Of a DNA stretch of 51,688 nucleotides, positions 44,049-51,688 are shown piece by piece. How positions within the stretch are numbered: the stretch's first letter is position 1; each line of letters opens with the position of its first letter. A program made the translations under genes and the position numbers. The DNA is taken from contig JAWBOW010000002.1 in assembly GCA_038825775.1 (NCBI GenBank), positions 1-51,688 on the forward strand, in the 5' to 3' direction. The notes under the pieces are model-generated. The model was not told the DNA's origin. It saw only the letters and a list, made by a program, of their open reading frames with translations, and ran no database searches. This DNA comes from Candidatus Woesearchaeota archaeon. Its GTDB lineage: Archaea > Nanobdellota > Nanobdellia > Woesearchaeales > WAPY01.

Positions 44049-44819
44049 TTATTTATTATAAAATTCTTTCAGAACATCTTCTATTTTTTTCCTGTCAAAA
44101 ATTATTCTTTTCAAAGCAAGAGTTATTCTTTCAGGATTTTCGTTCTGCCACACGTTTCTACCAATTGTTAAACCACAAGCCCCTGCGTTCATAACTTCCT
44201 CAGCAATCCTTAAAACATTCTCATCATCAGTTTTAAAACCACCAGCAACAACAACCCTCGTCTTAGAAGCACAATTGACAACCCACTTGAAACCCTCAAA
44301 ATCATTATTATACTTTAGTTTAACAGCATCAGCTCCTAATTCTAAAGCAACTCTTGCAGCATACGCAATAACATCTGTGTTGTTATCATCAATTCCACTC
44401 TTGCTTCTAGGATAACTCCAAACAAAAACAGGCAAACCATAATTGTGCGCTTCTTCAATTATGTTTGAGAGCTCATTAAACATTACTCCTTCATACTCAC
44501 TTCCAGGATATATTGTATAACCTATCCCGACAGGATTTATTTTTAGAGCACGCTTTATACTACAATTTTGTCTTGAAACTATTTCAGAACCTAAATTTGT
44601 TTTTCCATTAACCTTCACAATTATCGGAACTTTATAAGAACTTGAAAACTTCTCTGCAACTCCTGGTTGGGTTACAAGAGCGTTAAATCTTAATTTTTCA
44701 GCAAGCTCAAAAACAAAATCAGGATTAACATTAATAGTGTTAAAATCCTTTGGACCGTGCTCTAAACCATGATCATAAGCCAAAATTAATGTTTTATTAT
44801 TCCAAAAAAGTTTTTTCAT
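44049..44819 (-). CDS. fba: Class I fructose-bisphosphate aldolase, archaeal DhnA/FbaB type
   Basis: LILAYDHGLEHGP, IIVKVNGKT (Schiff-base Lys context), WSYPR, GADAVKLKY, VVVAGG and GRNVWQ. I prefer the ATG at 44819 over the GTG at 44858. Confidence 0.75.
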   Translation of the reverse strand: MKKLFWNNKTLILAYDHGLEHGPKDFNTINVNPDFVFELAEKLRFNALVTQPGVAEKFSSSYKVPIIVKVNGKTNLGSEIVSRQNCSIKRALKINPVGIGYTIYPGSEYEGVMFNELSNIIEEAHNYGLPVFVWSYPRSKSGIDDNNTDVIAYAARVALELGADAVKLKYNNDFEGFKWVVNCASKTRVVVAGGFKTDDENVLRIAEEVMNAGACGLTIGRNVWQNENPERITLALKRIIFDRKKIEDVLKEFYNK

Positions 44820-45028
44820 CCTCCTTTTGAATTTGTTGTTAAAAAACAAAACAACCACCCCCTAAAACAACAAAAATATTAGGATAATTAAAACAATTAA
44901 AAATAAAAGTGCAAAAATTTTATCATTTATTTTATAATTTAAATTGTTTAATCCTTTCTTGTTTTCATCACAAAAATTGTTTGTCTTTTTTCTTTTTAAG
45001 TTTTCAACAATTCTCCTGTCATAACTAT

Positions 45029-47446
45029 TCAATTTAAAACACCTTCTTTCTCAGCAATTCTTAAGCGCATCTTAACAACACTATCAGGATTTAATGATAT
45101 GCTATCAATATTGTTTTCAACCAAAAAATCAGCAAAATCAGGAAAATCACTTGGAGCTTGTCCACAAATTCCAATCTTTTTATGATATTGTTTTGCTATC
45201 TTTATAACCTGTGATATTAATCTCTTAACAGCTTCATTTCTTTCATCATAAATAGAACTCACAAGTTCAGAATCCCTGTCCAAACCAAGAGTTAGTTGAG
45301 TTAAATCATTACTTCCAATACTAAAACCATCAAAGATTTCTGAAAACTTGTCAGCCAAAACAACATTACTTGGAATCTCACACATAACATAAACTTCCAA
45401 ACCATCATCATGCTGTACTAAACCATTCTTTGCCATTTCTTCCAAAACCTTTTTACCCTCTTCAACAGTTCTGCAAAAAGGAATCATAACCTTAACATTC
45501 TTCAATCCAAAAACATTCCTAACTTTCAGTATTGCTTTGCATTCAAGAGCAAAAGCGTCTCTAAAATTAGGAGAATAATACCTTGAAGCACCCCTCCAAC
45601 CAATCATTGGATTATCCTCTTTTGGTTCAAAAACATCCCCTCCCAAAAGACCAGCATATTCGTTTGTTTTAAAATCAGAAAACCTAACAATAACATCTTT
45701 TGGATAAAAAGCAGCAGCAATCATTGCAATTCCCTCTGCAAGTTTATCAACAAAAAACTCTTTTTTATCAGCATAACCTTCTGTTAATTCCAAAATCTTT
45801 TGTCTAACAGAATAATCAGTTATTTTTTCAAAGAATATTAAAGCATTTGGGTGAACTTTAATGTAAGAATTTATTATAAACTCTTCCCTCGCAAGCCCAA
45901 CACCATCATTTGGAAGGAAAGATAGTTTAAAAGCTTCTTCTGGATTACCAACATTCATCATAATCTTTGTTCTTGTTGAGGGTATTTCATTAACATCAAT
46001 CCTTTCAACCTTATAATCAAGTATTCCCTCATAAACAAAACCAGTTTCTCCCTCAGCACAACTAACAGTTATTTCAGAATCTTGCTTTAGAACCTCAGTA
46101 GCATTACCAGTCCCAACAATACAAGGAACACCAAGCTCTCTGCTTACAATAGCAGCATGACAAGTTCTACCGCCCCTGTTGGTTACAATTGCAGAAGCAA
46201 TCTTCATTATTGGCTCCCAATCAGGATCTGTCATTTCTGTAACTAAAACATCCCCCTTTCTAAATTGATTAATGTGATGAACATCCTTAATAATATTTAC
46301 CCTTCCAGAACCAATCTTATCACCGACACTCATTCCAGAAACAAGAACCTTAGAATTCTTTTTTGATTCAGGATTAATAATGTACTTTTCAATAATGTTT
46401 TTGTTTCTTTGAGAAACAACTGTTTCAGGTCTTGCCTGAACAATAAATAATTGTCCACTAATTCCATCCTTCGCCCACTCAATATCCATTGGTTTATAAT
46501 AGCCAGCTTTTTGAGAATAATACTCCTCAATAATACAACCCCAATTTGCCAGTGTTAAAATCTCATCATCATTAAGAGCAAATTTTTTCCTATCAGCAAA
46601 ATCAACAGGAACGTTCTTTGTGTGTTTGTTACCTTCCTGGGCATAAATCATCTTTATATCCTTAGAACCCAATTTTTTAGAAATAATCGCCCTATAACCT
46701 TGTTTTAATGTTGGTTTAAAAACATAGTATTGGTCAGGATTAACAGCTCCTTGAACAATATTCTCTCCCAAACCATAAGAAGCATTTATTAAGATAACAT
46801 CCTTAAAACCAGATTCTGTGTCAATGGTAAACATAACTCCACTACAAGCCTTGTCAGAACGAACCATCTTTTGAACTCCAACACTCAAAGCAACCTTAAA
46901 ATGGTCAAAACCCTTATCTGCCCTGTAAGAAATTGCCCTGTTAGTAAATAAAGACGCAAAACACTTCTTAACAGCTTCAAGCAACTCATCATTCCCCCTA
47001 ATGTTCAAGTAAGTTTCTTGTTGTCCTGCAAAACTCGCATCAGGCAAATCCTCAGCAGTTGCAGAGCTCCTAACAGCAACATCAGGATTAGAACCATACT
47101 GCAAGCCCAAATGATAATAAGCTTCTAAAATAGCATTCTTTAATTCTTCAGGCATTTGAGCATTCCTTATCAAATATCTTATCTCATGCCCAACTTTCTG
47201 CAATTGCTCAATATTCTTTGTGTCAAGATTCAATAATAATTCATTAATTTTATCCCTTATCCCTGCTTTTTCTAAGAAATAATAATAAGCCCTAGCAGTT
47301 ATTGCAAAACCATTAGGAATGTTTATTCCTCTTTTAGTTAAATTAACATACATCTCTCCAAGGGAAGCATTTTTGCCACCAACAAGCCTAACATCATCAA
47401 TACTTATTTGGTCAAACCAGAGAATAAAAGCATCATCCTTCCACAT
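45029..47446 (-). CDS. ppsA: Phosphoenolpyruvate synthase
   Basis: It has an N-terminal ATP-grasp (GGKNASLGEM), the swivel His domain TNRGGRTCHAAIVSRELGVPCIVG, and a C-terminal PEP-utilising TIM barrel (GFSIGSNDLTQ). Confidence 0.95.
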   Translation of the reverse strand: MWKDDAFILWFDQISIDDVRLVGGKNASLGEMYVNLTKRGINIPNGFAITARAYYYFLEKAGIRDKINELLLNLDTKNIEQLQKVGHEIRYLIRNAQMPEELKNAILEAYYHLGLQYGSNPDVAVRSSATAEDLPDASFAGQQETYLNIRGNDELLEAVKKCFASLFTNRAISYRADKGFDHFKVALSVGVQKMVRSDKACSGVMFTIDTESGFKDVILINASYGLGENIVQGAVNPDQYYVFKPTLKQGYRAIISKKLGSKDIKMIYAQEGNKHTKNVPVDFADRKKFALNDDEILTLANWGCIIEEYYSQKAGYYKPMDIEWAKDGISGQLFIVQARPETVVSQRNKNIIEKYIINPESKKNSKVLVSGMSVGDKIGSGRVNIIKDVHHINQFRKGDVLVTEMTDPDWEPIMKIASAIVTNRGGRTCHAAIVSRELGVPCIVGTGNATEVLKQDSEITVSCAEGETGFVYEGILDYKVERIDVNEIPSTRTKIMMNVGNPEEAFKLSFLPNDGVGLAREEFIINSYIKVHPNALIFFEKITDYSVRQKILELTEGYADKKEFFVDKLAEGIAMIAAAFYPKDVIVRFSDFKTNEYAGLLGGDVFEPKEDNPMIGWRGASRYYSPNFRDAFALECKAILKVRNVFGLKNVKVMIPFCRTVEEGKKVLEEMAKNGLVQHDDGLEVYVMCEIPSNVVLADKFSEIFDGFSIGSNDLTQLTLGLDRDSELVSSIYDERNEAVKRLISQVIKIAKQYHKKIGICGQAPSDFPDFADFLVENNIDSISLNPDSVVKMRLRIAEKEGVLN

Positions 47447-47953
47447 AAAAACACCACTTTTATTTTTTGATTTTAAAATTTTTATTCTTTTTTTATTATT
47501 TTTTATTTAAATTTTATAGAATAAAGTTTATTCCTGAAGGTTTATAAAAGTTTTTATTAACTTAAAAATTAAAAATCACTATAAAATGCGTATTTGACTA
47601 AGTGTTGAATTTATTATTGCTAAAACTAAAAATTATTATAAAACAGAACAAAATTGTTAATTATTTTTAGAACATTATTTAGAAGAGTTTTTTAATAAAA
47701 TAAGATTTATGAAAGTTTAAAATTGCAAAAATTTTATTTTTTAGTTGCAAAAACATTCATCCAAGTGTTTTTTATTTGAGCTTTATCAATATCTTTTATC
47801 TTTTTAATAAGGATTTTCAAAATCTTAAAATTACAAAACTCTATTAACTTTTTGAATTGTTTTTAGAATACAGTGCATAAAATCTTGATAGTCCTTTATA
47901 TTCGCTTTTTTGAATAATCTTTTCTCCCCTCCCTACTTATTTTATTTTATATT

Positions 47954-48757
47954 TTAAACCCCAAAACAAATACTCTTTAGTCTACAAAACTTGCACTTAT
48001 TATTATTTAATATTTTAGGTGGTTTTTTTGAATTTAGAATTTCAAGAACTTGTTTTACAAGCATTTTTATTTTTAAATCAACGAAAGGATTATAATAAAC
48101 ACTCCTTTCTTCGTCATAGTCAAGGTATTTTATTATTGCTTTTTTCACTTCACCATTTTTAACCTTCTTAACTAGGAACATATAAGCTTCTGCTTGTATT
48201 CTGTGAGAAGACCAAACACCTTCTTTTGGAATCCTTCCTGTTTTTAATTCCACAGGAATAATTTCATTTTCAAAACTTAAAATCCTATCAACCCTTCCAC
48301 ACAGTTCTAATTCTTCGTCACTAATGGAAACTTCTGATTCAATCTTTGGAGTTAAAGCATTCCAAAGTTCTCTTCCGTAAAGTCCTGTTTTTAGCATGAA
48401 ATTGTAAATTATTGAAGTTCTGTCCTTTATTTCAGAAAGAATATTATTCCATGTTAACTTATAAGCTTCAACCAAACTTATGTTAAACTTGTTAAGCAAT
48501 TCAGAATTTTCTTTTATCACATTCAAAAGAACGTTTGAACTTTCTGCCCTAAACGTTTTTTCTATAAAATCCTTATCCATCTTTTGTATTTCAGTAACAA
48601 TTCTTTCTTGTTCTTTATTTAAAAAATCAAAAACAGCGTGCTTTAATCTTCCAATAACAACTTCCCTACTTAAAGGTTCTTTTACTTCTAAAGTTCTTAA
48701 CAAAAATAATTTTCTTGGACAATACTCAAAACAAGCAAGTTCTGTTACTGAAATCAT
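47954..48757 (-). CDS. Cas4/RecB-family PD-(D/E)XK exonuclease with a 4-Cys cluster (stand-alone)
   Basis: It has an N-terminal Cys (FEYCPRK), GRLKH, GRVDRI, VELKTGR, and QAEAY (the QxxxY motif). The C-terminal CKFCRLKSIC gives the Cas4-type Fe-S ligands. Confidence 0.8.
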   Translation of the reverse strand: MISVTELACFEYCPRKLFLLRTLEVKEPLSREVVIGRLKHAVFDFLNKEQERIVTEIQKMDKDFIEKTFRAESSNVLLNVIKENSELLNKFNISLVEAYKLTWNNILSEIKDRTSIIYNFMLKTGLYGRELWNALTPKIESEVSISDEELELCGRVDRILSFENEIIPVELKTGRIPKEGVWSSHRIQAEAYMFLVKKVKNGEVKKAIIKYLDYDEERSVYYNPFVDLKIKMLVKQVLEILNSKKPPKILNNNKCKFCRLKSICFGV

Positions 48758-48833
48758 GTCAAGAAAAATAAAAAGTAGTTTTTAAATATGTTTTGCTAGT
48801 TTATGTCTTGTGTTTTTAAGTTTTTTAGAAAAA

Positions 48834-50684
48834 CTAACAAATTTTTTCTATCAAGTTGTGCTTTTTATCACTTTTTTTAAGAAGAATAATCTTTGGTTTT
48901 TTATCTGATTCTAAAGAATTTATAATTATGTCGTTATCTAAACTTTCATCATAGGCCTTGACAAAGAAACCATAAACAACTTTATCCTTTAAAACATCAG
49001 TTATGTCCAAAAAATATTCTCCTTTTCTATCAATCATAACATCATAATGAGATTCATAAGTCTTTGGTACCAAAACAAAATTAATATTATTTATATTAAA
49101 ATCAGAACTTATTGGATAAAACCTTATGACACTCTTTTTGTTAAAACCATAAACATTAAACCTTAATTTTGCAATATCAAACTCCTTTTCAATTGGCTTT
49201 GTTTTTATTATTGTTCTTAACACACCATTTTGATTTCCAACATGCAAGTCAATTCTATCATTATTTATAATTGAAGGATTCGCTTCATAAACAAAGAAAT
49301 CATCAACTGGATAATATATACTAATTTCATAATAATCTCTAAACAAATCTTTTTCAAAATTAATCTTAATTGTTTTTTCAAAAACAAACTCTTTTGAGCC
49401 AAAATAATTATAAGGAGAATATCTTATTAAAACACTTAGCTCTCTTCCAACCATAGAACAAAAATCTTCAGTATAAAATATTAATTCCTTTGTTTCTGAA
49501 ACATCAATAATATTATTATTTAATAAAGAATTAAAAGTATAGTTTCTTTCATTATCAAAAAACAGAACATCCTTTATTTCAACAGGCATTTTTCCGTCAT
49601 TATTTATTTTTAAATTCAAAATTATCTTTAAACTGCTAAAATCCTTATAAACATTTAAAACATTTATGCTTACAAGCTTCTTCAAAGCATCTTCTTCGTC
49701 CTTAAAATCATAATTTTTTATGTTTTTTTCTGCGAAATCTTCCAAGGTTGTGATATTTTTAAAGTTAAAACCTGGGTTTTCAACAACAACATTTTTTAAG
49801 TTCTTGTTATAATAAATTAAAGAATCAGAACCAACCCCAAATTCCTTTTTTAATTCTTCATCTCCAAATATTAAAACTGGCTTTGAAAATCTTAACCCAG
49901 AACTATATTGTCTAAAATGAATTGCAGAACACCAAAAACCATTCTCTAATTTGCAAAGAACATTGTAAGGATATAAAATTTTACTACCCCCATACATAGT
50001 GGCATTATGAAATGTTATTCCAAACAAATCACTAAAAAATTCCACCTCACTCCTAAAAATCTTTTTTTCCTTAAAACACTGGTCAACACAATCAATATAT
50101 TTTTCAATTAATGAGGAATTTTTTGTTGTGTCAAACTTATTGTGACAGAAAGAATAACATTCCTCCTTCTTACTTTCATTCTCTTCATAAAGCAAGTAAA
50201 ACATCTTTCCAGGTTCTTCATTACACTCGTCATTCTTGTTTATAAAACTGCATTTTGGTTGGTAACTCTCAAGTTCAAGCCACTTACAACAAACATATCT
50301 TATAGATGTTTCTCTTGGCAGATTAGAAATGTCACCATTCATAAAACTCTCAAATAATTTGAACAAATCATTATCAACAATCAATGGAGGGCTTGTTACA
50401 CTGCCACCATTAAAATACCACTCACCATCAAAACTCTCATTTCCCTCATAATCCCCCTCATAATAATCATCCTTAACATTACTCAAACTTATGCTGTTAT
50501 CCTTTAAGACATTACCATACTTATCAGTAAGCACATGATTGCCAAATATCTTAATGTCAACATTACTCCAACTCCAAGCAGAGAAGAAATTAACATTTTT
50601 TTCTAGAGTTGCAAATGATGGTTGAATAAGTAAAGTTAAAACTAAAAATGCAAAACAAAATACTTTTTTAAAAGCATTACTCAT
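48834..50684 (-). CDS. Secreted Cys-rich hypothetical protein (616 aa)
   Basis: It has a signal peptide (MSNAFKKVFCFAFLVLTLLIQPSFA). The N-terminal half holds many cysteines, and the C-terminal half looks beta-rich. I see no TM anchor and recognise no motif. Confidence 0.6.
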   Translation of the reverse strand: MSNAFKKVFCFAFLVLTLLIQPSFATLEKNVNFFSAWSWSNVDIKIFGNHVLTDKYGNVLKDNSISLSNVKDDYYEGDYEGNESFDGEWYFNGGSVTSPPLIVDNDLFKLFESFMNGDISNLPRETSIRYVCCKWLELESYQPKCSFINKNDECNEEPGKMFYLLYEENESKKEECYSFCHNKFDTTKNSSLIEKYIDCVDQCFKEKKIFRSEVEFFSDLFGITFHNATMYGGSKILYPYNVLCKLENGFWCSAIHFRQYSSGLRFSKPVLIFGDEELKKEFGVGSDSLIYYNKNLKNVVVENPGFNFKNITTLEDFAEKNIKNYDFKDEEDALKKLVSINVLNVYKDFSSLKIILNLKINNDGKMPVEIKDVLFFDNERNYTFNSLLNNNIIDVSETKELIFYTEDFCSMVGRELSVLIRYSPYNYFGSKEFVFEKTIKINFEKDLFRDYYEISIYYPVDDFFVYEANPSIINNDRIDLHVGNQNGVLRTIIKTKPIEKEFDIAKLRFNVYGFNKKSVIRFYPISSDFNINNINFVLVPKTYESHYDVMIDRKGEYFLDITDVLKDKVVYGFFVKAYDESLDNDIIINSLESDKKPKIILLKKSDKKHNLIEKIC

Positions 50685-50775
50685 ACTTTAAAGTAAATAA
50701 ACTAAGAGTATTTAAAAATTACTAAATTAAAGCCCATAGAAAATCTTATTTTTTAGTTTAAAAAGCTTAAAATTT

Positions 50776-51324
50776 TTAGTATATGTCATAATCTTCTGAA
50801 GATTCAGGTTCTTTTGTGATGAACCATACAATTAAAATAAAAATTATTATTGGCAAAAAATATTTTATAAAAGGAATTGATAAAAAATTAAAATATTGCT
50901 TATTACAACCTTCACCGCCAGATGTTAGAAAAGTATACATAACAAATCCAAATATAAATATAACTATCCAACCAATAAATCTTTCAAGAAAAAATAAATT
51001 TATTCCTATTACACCTAGAATAAGAAAAAAGCTTATGATTCCTACAATGAGTAGTGCAATTTTAGGCATGGAGTTATTTATTATTTCTACTATGTCCCAA
51101 CACGGAGGATACTTATTAAGAACATGAGGTATAATTGTTGTAAGAGACATTACTAAAGATAACATGACATTTACATTCTTATTAAACAATTTTGTTTTAA
51201 ATAAAATAGCAAATACTATTGTAAATATTAATATAAAAGGCAATAATACGTCACTAATTCCTAAAGATTCAAGTTGTATTATTATGCTTTGAAGATTCAT
51301 TTTTATTATCTTTCTTTTTTCCAT
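50776..51324 (-). CDS. Hypothetical integral membrane protein (about 5 TM)
   Basis: About five hydrophobic helices and an acidic C terminus (PESSEDYDIY). The start may instead be 51300. It overlaps the 3' end of the upstream glycosyltransferase gene. Confidence 0.55.
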   Translation of the reverse strand: MEKRKIIKMNLQSIIIQLESLGISDVLLPFILIFTIVFAILFKTKLFNKNVNVMLSLVMSLTTIIPHVLNKYPPCWDIVEIINNSMPKIALLIVGIISFFLILGVIGINLFFLERFIGWIVIFIFGFVMYTFLTSGGEGCNKQYFNFLSIPFIKYFLPIIIFILIVWFITKEPESSEDYDIY

Positions 51325-51688
51325 AAATTAGTTCCCTGTAAGAATCTAACTGATTTTGAATCATTTTTTCAAAAGAATAATTTTCAAGAACAAAATCTCT
51401 TCCTCTATTAGCAATTTCATCATGCTCTTTAGAATCGTGTTTGTCTAGTATTTGATTCACTGTTTCGGCAATTCCGTCACCATTACGTTTATCTAAATCA
51501 ATTCCTAATCCGATTCCTTTAGATATATATAGTTCATCTAGTGCTTTTGTTTTTGTCATTATAGGAATTCTTTTATGCATTAATGCTTCGCTTGCTGTTA
51601 ATGAAAAACTTTCTGCTTTGCTAGGTATTATCACGTAATCAGTCCATCTGTAGTGTTCATTAAGTTTTTCTTTATCTGTAACCCAACC
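51269..51688 (-). CDS. GT-B (GT4-like) glycosyltransferase, C-terminal part only (5' end outside the window)
   Basis: The reading frame stays open to the window edge. My own translation is GWVTDKEKLNEHYRWTDYVIIPSKAESFSLTASEALMHKRIPIMT, which has the E-x7-E type GT1/GT4 signature. Confidence 0.7.
   Translation of the reverse strand, partial: GWVTDKEKLNEHYRWTDYVIIPSKAESFSLTASEALMHKRIPIMTKTKALDELYISKGIGLGIDLDKRNGDGIAETVNQILDKHDSKEHDEIANRGRDFVLENYSFEKMIQNQLDSYRELIYGKKKDNKNESSKHNNTT

Noticed and set aside
44859-45028. Short hydrophobic or small ORFs and an ATGATAA (C-box-like) string in the fba-ppsA spacer.
   Set aside because: The ORFs are under 30 codons and lack ATG or SD support. No paired C/D box arrangement could be identified.
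47447-47953. A 507-bp AT-rich gap between ppsA and the Cas4-like gene, considered as a second origin, a CRISPR leader/array or an ncRNA locus. It contains a CTCCCCTCCCT pyrimidine tract near 47926 and ACACCACTTTTATTTT near 47451, which is vaguely like the ORB-like box.
   Set aside because: It has no regularly spaced repeats, no inverted pair of the GGTGT-core boxes, no G+C-rich structured segment, and only very short ORFs. It probably holds divergent or convergent regulatory DNA. The single weak box match is expected by chance in this composition.

Overview
This is a strongly AT-rich, very compact archaeal chromosomal segment with short gaps and several ATGA or 4-nt gene overlaps. All calls come from reading motifs by eye; no database search was run. 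The gene set is clearly archaeal: TFB, TBP, TFE-alpha, a histone, Orc1/Cdc6, PolD DP1 and DP2, MCM, FEN1, Hjc, EndA, aIF2-beta, aIF5A, L40e and aRF1. PolD plus a histone argues against Crenarchaeota. The low G+C, lysine-rich proteins, sparse metabolism and many fusion or insertion architectures suggest a small-genome DPANN-like archaeon; that placement is inference. RNA genes are a stand-alone 5S rRNA (about 1469-1588) and tRNA-Ala(CGC) (39975-40046). A 53-aa L40e gene (37813-37974) is missing from the ORF track. I saw no CRISPR array, transposase, integrase, intein or obvious defence island. The items most worth follow-up are listed here. (1) A Trm5-type tRNA methyltransferase has a complete xylose-isomerase-like TIM barrel nested just before its catalytic loop (8052-9884). 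(2) A candidate replication origin lies upstream of orc1/cdc6-polD, with inverted ORB-like boxes around a very AT-rich core (19694-20475). (3) A HemK/Mtq2-like methyltransferase is fused to an atypical RIO/Bud32-like kinase fold (3528-4748). (4) A tandem thymidine kinase has a degenerate N-terminal copy (16236-17507). (5) A B12-dependent RNR is tightly coupled to a corrinoid adenosyltransferase. (6) A tailed histone sits in an Hjc-TFE-histone operon. (7) An accessory-looking surface module with an orphan Cas4-like nuclease lies at the 3' end.
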